A stretch of DNA of 64,000 bases, from positions 2,255,944 to 2,319,943 of the forward strand of contig NZ_SNWR01000001.1 of NCBI RefSeq assembly GCF_004362215.1. The letters run 5' to 3'. The translations under genes and the position numbers were made by a program. Under the pieces are notes generated by a model. It had not been told where the DNA came from. It saw only the letters and a list, made by a program, of their open reading frames with translations, and did not search any database. This DNA comes from Paractinoplanes brasiliensis. Lineage in GTDB: Bacteria > Actinomycetota > Actinomycetes > Mycobacteriales > Micromonosporaceae. Below, piece after piece: positions 9,472-18,505 of this stretch (position 1 is its first letter; each line of letters starts with the position of its first letter).

Positions 9472-10384
9472 CGCAAGTTGGCACACTCGCACCGTCCTGG
9501 ACGCTCCGGGCCGCAGATGGACACGAGCGGACGGGCGCGGACAGACCCGCGTCTGCGCGGACGCTCGGCCTCCGCGTCCATGACCGCACTCGGAAACAGG
9601 GCTGCCGAAAGCCCTTGACATGGGCTTTCGGCGGAGAGGTACTGGATACACGTTCCCCGTGCGGCTGTTGCTTGCCGGGCCACATAGGTCGATGCCGGGG
9701 CGCCCTGTCGGGCGCCTTTCGTCGTTCAGGGCCCGGAATCCGAGCCAATCGTCGACGCGAGGCCGACCGAGTGCCAGGAGGACCACGATGAAGGATCTTC
9801 TTCCGGCGAGTTGAGCCGCAGGCGGGGCCTCAGCTTGCCCCGACGTGACGAGTTCGGATGCCCGACCGGGCCCTGGGCTCCTGAGTTGCATCGCCGTCGA
9901 TGTTCACCGTTTTGACACGACCACGTAGGCCGCGATCGTGGCGATGTCCGCTGCCCACGTCCGTCCGATCGCAGTTCTTTGACAACTCCACAGTGGATGA
10001 ATCCTGGCCGCACTGGGCGGCCCGCCCAGCCGGGCGTAACCCGGCACGGTGGCCCCTGCCCGACGCGAAGGGCAGCGGTCGCTTTGTACCACCCGGTGCC
10101 GCCCTCCGGTGACACCGGCAAAGCCTGAACCCTCACCAAGGAGTTTCTCTTGCTCTCCCAATCCTTGCCTCCAGCCCTACCTGCGGGTAGTGCTGACAGA
10201 TCCCGGCTTGACGCCCGTTCGGGAGTCCTGCTTGCCGTCCGCGTTGACGTCGGTCTTCAGCCGGACCCCCGGACCGACTTCTCCCTTGTTCTCACAACGC
10301 AGGTCACACCGCCTGTCAGCATCGTCGGCTTGTCCTCCGACAGACCCTGCATGGTCTCGGGTCTCTCCCCCCGGGACCACCTCC

Positions 10385-10813
10385 CCGGACGATCCGGGCC
10401 TGGTGCGCGCCTACCAGCCTCGGATCCGGCCCGACGGGTACGCCGAGTGGGTCGAGCACGGCGTGACGGTCCCGGTGTTCCTGGAGTACGACACCGGCGG
10501 CGAGCAGCTGCCGATCCTGGTCGACAAGCTGTACGGCTACCGGGACCTCTTCGCCAAGATCGGCCGGGTGTGGCCGGTGCTGTTCTCCCTGCACTCCGCC
10601 ACCCGCGAACGAAACCTGCGCCGCCTGTTCGCCGACGAGCCGCCGGTCGTGCTGGTCGCGACCTGCGCCCGCGACATGCTCGAAACAGGTGGCCTGTGCC
10701 CCGCTGACGCCGTATGGGCGGCCGGGCACGGCGACGCCGGCCGCCTCCGGCTGGCCGATCTCTCCACCTTGACGGCCAACCTTCGCCACGGCTCGGAAGG
10801 CGAAGCAGCATGA
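10385..10813 (+). pseudogene. replication-relaxation family (Replic_Relax) gene remnant; the N-terminal wHTH half is missing
   Basis: RPDGYAEW...VPVFLEYDTGGE...LVDKLYGYRDL matches the conserved C-terminal core of actinomycete replication-relaxation proteins (RPDAYLEL...LLVEVDRGTE...AKLRRYRAL). The 112 in-frame residues upstream are Pro/Ser/Arg-rich and not HTH-like. Confidence 0.5.
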
Positions 10814-11200
10814 GCGGCCTGTACCCGTCGTCGGAGTCCCGCCGACGCCTCCACGAAGGCGCTGACAGAAACCCGAGCGATCTGTCATCGCACGGGCAGG
10901 AACGGCTCTGGCCGCCCCGACAGAGCCCTGACAGATCCGAGCCCTTCCCACACCTCCTCAGCAGAGGTACCGTCCCGCGCCTTCCCTGGCCCGGCACGGC
11001 GAGAAGCGCCAGCCTGATCGCCGTCGCGCTGCGGGCAGGTCCGCGAGCCGGCGGTCCCCACGCCGCCGCGAACCTAGAACCTCAACCTTTGTTGAGGTCA
11101 AGTCGTGACCGATGGCAGGAGGCAACGGCGCCCAAGGGGTTGCTGAGCATCGGGAAGGTGAAGGTCAGCTTGCGCATGGCTCCCATTGACGGCTTTGCGG

Positions 11201-12190
11201 TCATGCGACCCGGCGGATGCAGCGGACGGCGAGGTAGAGCAGCAGGGCGGCGAGGGCGACGAAGATGCCCGTCTCGATGCCCTGGAACAACCAGAACCGG
11301 GTTCCGGGCTGGTAGAGCTGCCAGTTGTAGGCGCCCGAGGTGATGCCGAGGTCGGCGCCGCACGCGGCGCCCGGTCCGGTGGCGTCGGGCGCGCAGGCGA
11401 TTTGCGCGCCGGCCGTGATCATCTTGCCGGAGGCGTCGCGGATGCCGTACGACAGGATCCAGTCGCCGGCGGCCGGGTTGGTCTGCTCGGTGGCGTCCTG
11501 GAGCGGGAAGGTCACGACGCGGGCGGGCAGGTAGTGCGGCCGGGCGAGCGTCGTCAGGGCGAGACGCAGCCCGAGGAACCCGACGAGAGTGGCGGTCATC
11601 GCCGGCAGCACCTTGGGCCAGATGGCGCCGGCGAGGATGCCGAGCGCGACTGCGAAGATCGTGTAGCCGATCGGGGCAGTGCCCTGCATGTCGAAGAAGA
11701 AGGTGTTGAAGCGGCCGTGCTGCCCGGCTTGACTCATCGGTGTCAGCCACCACGAGACACCCAGTCCGTAGACCGTCGAGGCGACGAGGGCGACGGCGCC
11801 GGCGAGCCCGAACTTGACCAGTGCCCAGCGTCTCCGGCTGACGCCCTGGGTCCAGACCATGCGGTGGGTGCCCTGCTCGATTTCACGGGCGACCAGCGGG
11901 GCACCCCAGAACAGCCCGACCAGCAGGGGCAGGACGAGGAACAGCACCCCGATCATGGTCATCACGCCGTACTGGCCGTTGAACTGGATGGACGCCTTGC
12001 CGCAGGTGTCGGCTTCGGCCGGGATCATCGAGGCTGAACCCAGCGCCCGGACGCAGTCGTCCATGCCCAGGTCGGCGAAGGTGTGGCGCATGGCCAGACC
12101 GGTGGGGACCATGAACACGGCGAGCAGCGCGAGGCCGATCGCGGCGAACAGTAATTGCTTGCGGTGCTGCCGCCAGGCGAGCCAGATCAT
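11201..12190 (-). CDS. ABC-2 family transporter permease
   Basis: Six TM helices and a large first extracytoplasmic loop. ATG start at 12188-12190 overlaps the stop of the upstream ATPase gene. Confidence 0.7.
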   Translation of the reverse strand: MIWLAWRQHRKQLLFAAIGLALLAVFMVPTGLAMRHTFADLGMDDCVRALGSASMIPAEADTCGKASIQFNGQYGVMTMIGVLFLVLPLLVGLFWGAPLVAREIEQGTHRMVWTQGVSRRRWALVKFGLAGAVALVASTVYGLGVSWWLTPMSQAGQHGRFNTFFFDMQGTAPIGYTIFAVALGILAGAIWPKVLPAMTATLVGFLGLRLALTTLARPHYLPARVVTFPLQDATEQTNPAAGDWILSYGIRDASGKMITAGAQIACAPDATGPGAACGADLGITSGAYNWQLYQPGTRFWLFQGIETGIFVALAALLLYLAVRCIRRVA

Positions 12191-13074
12191 GCCGGCACTT
12201 CCCACGCGGTCTGCGGCCGGGAGTCGGCGTCGCCGAGGTAGGCGAGGATGAGGTCTTCCAGAGTCACGTCGTACGCCTTCCATGCCGAATCCCGCAGCAC
12301 AGCGTTCGTGCGGACCAGCAGCGTGGACTGCCGATCGGTGTGCTCGGCCCGCATCACCTGCGCGACCCCCGCGGGCAGCCGGCCGTCGCCCCGGGGGCCG
12401 GCGAGTTGCCGGTGCTCGGCGAGCAGGGCGCTGACGTCGCCGGCGAGCTTCACCCGCGAAGCGTGCAGCACGATCAGGTAATCGCAGGTGCGTTCGAGAT
12501 CCGCCAGGATGTGCGAGGACAGCAGCACCGTGGTGCCCGTCTCGGCGACCACGCCCATCAGCGCTTGGAGGAACTCGCGCCGGCCCAGCGGGTCGATGCT
12601 GGCGACGGGTTCGTCGAGCAGCAGCAGCCGGGGGCGCTTGGCCATCGCCAGCGCGAGGGCGACCTGGGCCCGCTGACCGCCGGACAGCTTGCCGACCGGC
12701 TTGTCGTGCGGGATGCCGATCTGCGCCAGCCGGCGGTGCGCCAGCGCCGTGTCGAAGCGCCGATTCAGTTTGGCGCCCATGGTGAACAGCTCGTCTGCCG
12801 TGAAGTCGCGGTACAGCGGTGTGTCCTGTGCCACGAAGCCGACGTCGGACAGGACGGCGATGTCGTCGTACGGCGCCCGGCCGAACACCCGCACCGCGCC
12901 GGCGTCCGGCCGCAGCAGACCGACCGCCAGGTGCAACAGGGTGCTCTTGCCCGCTCCGTTGGGACCGACCAGCGCGGCCACCCTCCCCGCCGGAAGACGC
13001 AGCGAGCAGTCCCGCAACGCCCAGGCACTGCCGTACCTCTTGCCGAGCCGGTCAGCTTCGAGAACGATATCCAT
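12187..13074 (-). CDS. ABC transporter ATP-binding protein
   Basis: Walker A GPNGAGKST, signature LSGGQRAQ and Walker B LLLLDEP. Start at MDIVLEADRL; alternative starts at 13089 or 13098. Confidence 0.85.
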   Translation of the reverse strand: MDIVLEADRLGKRYGSAWALRDCSLRLPAGRVAALVGPNGAGKSTLLHLAVGLLRPDAGAVRVFGRAPYDDIAVLSDVGFVAQDTPLYRDFTADELFTMGAKLNRRFDTALAHRRLAQIGIPHDKPVGKLSGGQRAQVALALAMAKRPRLLLLDEPVASIDPLGRREFLQALMGVVAETGTTVLLSSHILADLERTCDYLIVLHASRVKLAGDVSALLAEHRQLAGPRGDGRLPAGVAQVMRAEHTDRQSTLLVRTNAVLRDSAWKAYDVTLEDLILAYLGDADSRPQTAWEVPA

Positions 13075-13194
13075 CCGTAACCCTTCCATCCTGCTCACGC
13101 GGTTGCGGGTTTCAGTTCTACGCAGACGGCGGTGTCAGGACGGTGTCGCCAGGTGACACCGTCCTGACACCCACGCGGTGGCATGGTGGGGACC

Positions 13195-13857
13195 ATGCGC
13201 GTGCTCGTGGTCGAGGATTTCGAGGTGCTGGCCCGCACTGTGGGGGTCGGGTTGCGCCGTGAGGGCATGGCGGTCGACGTGGTCCTCGACGGCGAGGCGG
13301 CCCTCGATCACCTGGCCGTGACCAGCTATGACGTGGTGGTGCTCGACCGTGACCTGCCGGGCGTGCCCGGCGACCAGGTGTGCCGGCGGATCGTGGACGA
13401 GCACTCGGCGACCCGGGTACTGATGCTCACGGCGGCCTCGACGGTGAAACAGCGAGTCGACGGCCTGGGCCTCGGCGCCGACGACTACCTCGCCAAGCCC
13501 TTCGACTTCGCCGAGCTCGTCGCGCGGGTACGGGCGCTCGGCCGGCGGCCTGGCACGGCCGTGCCACCCGTCCTTGAGTACGGGGAGCTCACGCTCGACC
13601 CCGGCCGGCGGGTCGCGACACGCGACGGACGCCGGCTGGAGCTGAGCCCGAAGGAGTTCGCCGTCCTGGAATGCCTGCTCGCCGCACACGGCCGGCTCGT
13701 CCCGGCGGAGGATCTGCTCGAACGGGTCTGGGACGAGGCGGCCGACCCGTTCACCACCGCGGTGAAGACCACCATCCGCCGCCTGCGGACCAAACTCGGC
13801 GACCCCGCGATCATCCACACCGTTCGCGAGGGCGGCTACCGGATCGGCGAACCGTGA
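13195..13857 (+). CDS. OmpR-family two-component response regulator
   Basis: REC domain (MRVLVVEDFE...VVLDRDLPG...) followed by a winged-helix trans_reg_C domain (RLRTKLG...GYRI). Confidence 0.85.
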   Translation: MRVLVVEDFEVLARTVGVGLRREGMAVDVVLDGEAALDHLAVTSYDVVVLDRDLPGVPGDQVCRRIVDEHSATRVLMLTAASTVKQRVDGLGLGADDYLAKPFDFAELVARVRALGRRPGTAVPPVLEYGELTLDPGRRVATRDGRRLELSPKEFAVLECLLAAHGRLVPAEDLLERVWDEAADPFTTAVKTTIRRLRTKLGDPAIIHTVREGGYRIGEP

Positions 13858-14960
13858 TACGCCTCCGAATCCCCCGGCGGAGCCTGCACGTTCAGCTCAC
13901 GCTGCTCTACGCCGTGCCCTTCCTGATCTCCGGCGTCCTGCTGCTCGCGATCCCGCTGCTGGGCAGCAACCAGGCCACCCCGGCGAACCCGGTCGCTGAG
14001 AACCCCGCCGGCGTCCCCGGCGACGGCGGTCACCTGGACCGGCAGTTCAGCACCTCGGCGTGGACCGTAGCCGCCATGGTGGTGGTCTCGCTGCTGCTCG
14101 GCTGGTTCGTCGCCGGCCGGTTTCTGCGTCCGCTGCGCACCATCACCGCCACCGCCCGGGAGATCTCCGTCAGCGACCTGCACCGCCGGATCGGCCGAAC
14201 CGGTCTGCACAACGAGTTCACCGACCTGTCCGAGACACTCGACGACCTGTTCCAGCGGTTGCAGGCCGCTTTCGAGTCACAGCGGCACTTCGTCGCCAAC
14301 GCCTCGCACGAACTGCGTACCCCGCTGACCGCCGAGCGGACGGTGCTCCAGGTCGCGCTCGCCGACCCGGACGCCACCGCCGAGAGGCTGCGGGCGGCCT
14401 GCCACGAGGTCCTCGCGCTCAACGGCCAACAGGAACGCCTCATCGAAGCGCTGCTGACCCTGGCACGCGGCGAACAGGGCCTCCAACTGCACACCCAGCT
14501 CGACGTCGCCGGCGTCGCGGCCGAGGTGGTGGCCGCCCGACAGCAGGATGCCGGCCGGCGAGGCATCCAGATGCACACCGCCCTCGATCGGGCACCAGCG
14601 ACGGGCGACCCCGACCTGATCGAACGCCTGGTCGTCAACCTGGTCGACAACGCCGTGCGGCACAACACACCGGGCGGCTGGGTCGAGATCAGCACGACGA
14701 GCACGGCGACCGGCGGCGCCATCCGTGTCAGCAACTCCGGCCCGACGGTGCCGCCCGGTGAACTCGAGGCGCTGTTCCAACCTTTTCGGCAGATCGGCAA
14801 CAGCCGGACCAGGCAACCCGACGGACTCGGGCACGGACTCGGTCTGGCCATCGTCCGAGCGATCGCCGACGCGCACGGGGCGACCCTCGACGCCCGGACC
14901 CGAGTCACCGGCGGGCTCGACATCGAAATCGGGTTCCCGGATGAACGAGCCGTCGACTGA
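13854..14960 (+). CDS. two-component sensor histidine kinase
   Basis: GTG start overlapping the RR stop (GTGA). Two TM helices, HAMP, H-box HELRTPL and an N/G-box HATPase_c (RHNTPGG...SNSGPTVP). Confidence 0.8.
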   Translation: MIRLRIPRRSLHVQLTLLYAVPFLISGVLLLAIPLLGSNQATPANPVAENPAGVPGDGGHLDRQFSTSAWTVAAMVVVSLLLGWFVAGRFLRPLRTITATAREISVSDLHRRIGRTGLHNEFTDLSETLDDLFQRLQAAFESQRHFVANASHELRTPLTAERTVLQVALADPDATAERLRAACHEVLALNGQQERLIEALLTLARGEQGLQLHTQLDVAGVAAEVVAARQQDAGRRGIQMHTALDRAPATGDPDLIERLVVNLVDNAVRHNTPGGWVEISTTSTATGGAIRVSNSGPTVPPGELEALFQPFRQIGNSRTRQPDGLGHGLGLAIVRAIADAHGATLDARTRVTGGLDIEIGFPDERAVD

Positions 14961-15299
14961 TGATGCTCTGCGGCATCCACCACGGCCAGGTGCTCGCCCT
15001 GCAGCGCGACGCGATGCGCTGCTGCGCGCTTGTTACACCGCCTCACTCGCGGTGGCCACAGGCGTACGGTTACGTTCCCGCGGATCACGTCCGGCGTGTG
15101 TGGACGGCCGCTCGACGCCGCCCGGCAGGCGCTGGCCGCGCCGGCGGGCACCGGGGCATTGTCGAGTCCGCCCGACTGGTCCTCTTTGACGAACAGACCC
15201 GCCATTGCCGAGCGCGTCCGAGCCGATTCGCTGGGTGACGAGACCACAAAGGACCGGCCTAGGATGAGGCTCAACGACGGGTGACAGGGGGATCACGCC

Positions 15300-16328
15300 A
15301 TGTCCGACGAGCCGCGCATGTTCACGCCGACCGAGCCGACAGATGACGCCGCGGCCGGCCCACCGGCGCCCGCCCGCATCATCGAGCTGGCCGCCGGTTT
15401 CATGGTCTCGAAGACCCTGTTCGCGGCCATCGAGGTGGGACTGTTCGCGGCCGTCGCGCCCGACGGCCGGACCCCGGCCGAGCTGGCCGAGCGATGCTCC
15501 ATTCCCGAGCGCAGCGCCCGCGCGATGGCCGACCTGCTGGCCGACGCGGGCCTGCTGGTGCGCGACGGCGGCCGATTCCGCAACGCGCCCGACGCCGAGG
15601 CGTTCCTCGCCGGGCGGGGCCCGTTCGACCTGCGGCCACTGGCCCGCTACTGGGATCTGGTGAGCTACCCGACCTGGCGGCACGCCACCGAGGCGTACCG
15701 CACCCGGCGCGGCCTGCGGCCGCAGCTCGACAAGACGCAGACCGAGGCGTACGAGTCGGCCGTCGCGCTGGTCACCGCCGAGACCGCCGCCGACCTGGCC
15801 CGCGGCTACGACTTCGGCCCGCACCGGCGGCTGCTCGACGTGGGCGGCGGCTACGGCACGTTCGTCAAGCCGATCCTCACCGCGTACCCCGGTCTCAGCG
15901 CGACCCTGGTCGACCTGCCGGAGGTGGCGTCGGCGGTCGCCGCGGAGGCGGCGGACGGGCCGCTCGCCGGCCGCCTCACCGCCGTCGGGCAGAACATCTT
16001 CGCCGAGCCGCTGCCCGGCGGGCACGATGCCGTGCTGGTCGCCAACGTGGTGCACCTGTTCCCGCCCGAGCAGATCGCCGAGCTGTTCCGCCGGGCGCGC
16101 GCGGCTGTCGCCCCCGGCGGGCGCCTGCTGCTGGTCGACTGGTGGCGCACCGACGTGGCGCCGCACCCGTCGGCACGGTTCGGCGCCGGCGAATTCCTGA
16201 TGATCAGCGGCGGCGACCTGTACCAGGTGGACGAGGTCGCCGACTGGCTCGGCGCGACGGGTTGGCAGTTCGCCGGCCTGCACGAGCTGCCACCGCCCTC
16301 CGGCCTCATCGTGGCCGCGCCGGCTTGA
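15300..16328 (+). CDS. class I SAM-dependent O-methyltransferase (dimerisation domain plus Methyltransf_2)
   Basis: SAM-binding motif LLDVGGGYG plus an N-terminal dimerisation domain; resembles small-molecule (polyketide or phenolic) OMTs. Confidence 0.75.
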   Translation: MSDEPRMFTPTEPTDDAAAGPPAPARIIELAAGFMVSKTLFAAIEVGLFAAVAPDGRTPAELAERCSIPERSARAMADLLADAGLLVRDGGRFRNAPDAEAFLAGRGPFDLRPLARYWDLVSYPTWRHATEAYRTRRGLRPQLDKTQTEAYESAVALVTAETAADLARGYDFGPHRRLLDVGGGYGTFVKPILTAYPGLSATLVDLPEVASAVAAEAADGPLAGRLTAVGQNIFAEPLPGGHDAVLVANVVHLFPPEQIAELFRRARAAVAPGGRLLLVDWWRTDVAPHPSARFGAGEFLMISGGDLYQVDEVADWLGATGWQFAGLHELPPPSGLIVAAPA

Positions 16329-16560
16329 CGGCGTGGTCCGGCGCGCCGCCAGCCCGGCGGATGGGTCGGTGCGACCGTACGGGGTGCGTCGGTACCCGGC
16401 CCGCGGGGCGGCGGCCATCCGGCGGGCCAGGCTAGACACAGCAGAGCGGCAGAGAACGGCAAGCCGCGACGGGCCGCCCGACAGGAGAAGAAATCAGGTC
16501 TTCGCCCGGCGGACACAACCGCTTGACCCTGTGCTCCACCGGGTCGTCCACCGTGAGCGC

Positions 16561-17436
16561 ATGCTCCGATTCGCGGCCCTCGGTGACTCCGTCACCAGCG
16601 GGTACGGCGATCCGATGCCCGGCGGCGGCTGGCGCGGCTGGGCGGCTCTGCTCGCCGAGGCCCTTCCCTGCGACACGTCCTTCCACAACCTCGCCGTCAG
16701 TGGCGCCCGCGTCGCTGACGTGGCCGAGCGGCAGTTGCCGGTCGCCCTCGAGCTCCGGCCCCACCTGGCGTCGGTGCTGGCCGGCATGAACGACACCCTG
16801 CGCGGCGACTACGACCCCGGCGACTTCGGGCACCGGCTCAACGCCGTGGTCGCGGCCCTGACCGCAGGCGGCGCCACGGTGCTGACGGCCCGACTGCCCG
16901 ACCCGGGCCGCATGTTCGGCCTGCCAGGTGTCATCGCCCGTCCCCTGGGCCGCCGGATGGCCGCCCTCAACGACGCGGTCGACGAGATCGCCCGGCGCCA
17001 CGCCACGATCCACGTCGACCTGGCCGGCGGCTCGGCCTACACCCGCACCCATTGGAGCGTCGACCGCCTGCACCCGAGCGAGGTCGGCCACCGCTTCCTG
17101 GCCCACCGCTTCGCCTCGGCCCTGCTGGAGGCGGGCCATCCCGTACGGCGCCTGCCCGGCCTGGCCGCCACCAACCCGGTGCCGTCCCTGAGCGAGCGGG
17201 TCTGGTGGATGGCCACCAAAGGCAACCAGTGGCTGCTGCGTCGCTCCACCGACCTGCTGCCCACCCTGGTCCAGCTGGCCGCCCGCGAATGGCGGGCCCC
17301 CGGCGGGGAGAACGCGCTCGTGGCCCACGAGGCAACCGATCAGCGTCAGTCCGCGCCGGCGTCCACCAGCGGGGCGGCCGGGACCTCGGCGCGGAACGGG
17401 ACGGACAACAGCAGGCCGACGCTGATCCAGACGTAA
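16561..17436 (+). CDS. SGNH/GDSL-family hydrolase
   Basis: GDS(V) block FAALGDSVTSG and block V DRLHPS. ATG at 16561. The 3' end overlaps the convergent gene 17346..18503 by about 91 nt. Confidence 0.75.
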   Translation: MLRFAALGDSVTSGYGDPMPGGGWRGWAALLAEALPCDTSFHNLAVSGARVADVAERQLPVALELRPHLASVLAGMNDTLRGDYDPGDFGHRLNAVVAALTAGGATVLTARLPDPGRMFGLPGVIARPLGRRMAALNDAVDEIARRHATIHVDLAGGSAYTRTHWSVDRLHPSEVGHRFLAHRFASALLEAGHPVRRLPGLAATNPVPSLSERVWWMATKGNQWLLRRSTDLLPTLVQLAAREWRAPGGENALVAHEATDQRQSAPASTSGAAGTSARNGTDNSRPTLIQT

Positions 17437-18503
17437 GTGTTGCTGCCGATCGCGGCCAGGAAGCCGTCCGCTCCGGCCCACCAGAGCCAGACCACACTGC
17501 TGCTCAGAATGACGTAGACGGCGGACAAGGCGGCCAACCGGCGACGGGAGCCGGACCGCAGGGCGGCGTCGGTCAGCAGGAACAGGGCGGGCAGCAGCCA
17601 GACCAGGTGGTGCACCCAGGTGACCGGGCTGATCAGGCAGGCCAGGATGCCGGTCACCGCGAAACCGGCCACGTGGTCGGCCCGCTGGACGCGGAGGAAC
17701 CAGACCGCGATGGTCAGGGCCACCGCGGCCAGCCAGAACGCGGACGGCAGGTCGAGGCGGGCCACCACGCCGCGCAGGGACTGGTTCGAGACGTATTCGA
17801 GGCGGCCGACCCGGTCGGTGTCCCACAGCGCGCCCAGCCAGAACTGGGCCGACGTGGCCGGGGCGACCAGGACGGCCAGCAGGGTGGCGCCGGCCGCGGT
17901 CCCGGTCGCGACCGCGGCCGCCCGGAACTGGCGGGTGACGATCAGGTAGCCGATGAAGACGATCGGCGTCAGTTTGATCGCGGAGGCCACGCCGATGAAG
18001 ACGCCCGCCCAGCGCCGGCCCGCGGTCAGGGCCCGCAGGTCGAGGCAGACCAGCAGAAGCAGGGCCAAGTTGACCTGGCCGAAGCTGAACGTGTCGCGGG
18101 CAGGCTCGAAGATCAGCACCGCGAGGAACGCCAGCGAGCAGGCCATCCACAGCGGCCGGCCGTGCCGCCGGACGACGGGGGCCACGAACCAGCGCAGCAG
18201 AACGACGACGGCCGAGGCGTTGACGAGGAGGCTGCCCGCCACGGCGACCGGCCAGCTCGTCAGCGCGAGCGGGCTGAGGACCAGCGCGGCGAACGGCGGA
18301 TAGGTGAAGCCGTACTCGGTGTTGCCGTAGAGGAACTCGTAGAGCTCGCCGCCGTCGAGCAGCCAGTAACGCACCGCGCCCCGATAGACGCCCAGGTCGA
18401 AGAACTCCCGGAAGGTCGGCACGGTCACCAGGAACACGCCGACGGTGACCGCCGCCACCGCCACGACCACGATTTGCCCGTACGGGCTCAGCAGCCTTCT
18501 CAT
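17346..18503 (-). CDS. GT-C family polyprenol-phosphate-mannose-dependent glycosyltransferase (DUF2029/GT87-like)
   Basis: About 10 TM helices; first loop YGNTEYGFTYPPF. ATG at 18501-18503. The upstream 600 in-frame residues of the ORF-track call are Arg/Gly/Pro-rich nonsense. Confidence 0.65.
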   Translation of the reverse strand: MRRLLSPYGQIVVVAVAAVTVGVFLVTVPTFREFFDLGVYRGAVRYWLLDGGELYEFLYGNTEYGFTYPPFAALVLSPLALTSWPVAVAGSLLVNASAVVVLLRWFVAPVVRRHGRPLWMACSLAFLAVLIFEPARDTFSFGQVNLALLLLVCLDLRALTAGRRWAGVFIGVASAIKLTPIVFIGYLIVTRQFRAAAVATGTAAGATLLAVLVAPATSAQFWLGALWDTDRVGRLEYVSNQSLRGVVARLDLPSAFWLAAVALTIAVWFLRVQRADHVAGFAVTGILACLISPVTWVHHLVWLLPALFLLTDAALRSGSRRRLAALSAVYVILSSSVVWLWWAGADGFLAAIGSNTYVWISVGLLLSVPFRAEVPAAPLVDAGAD

Positions 18504-18505
18504 CT

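Larger units (their letters stand above)
5740..10813. mobile_element. putative decayed integrative element (AICE-like remnant) at the 3' end of tRNA-Lys
   Basis: A tRNA 3' end is followed by a NUDIX gene (pSAM2 Pif-like), regulator, phosphotransferase and a truncated replication-relaxation gene. No integrase or excisionase was found and no attL/attR repeat was verified by eye. Confidence 0.3.
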
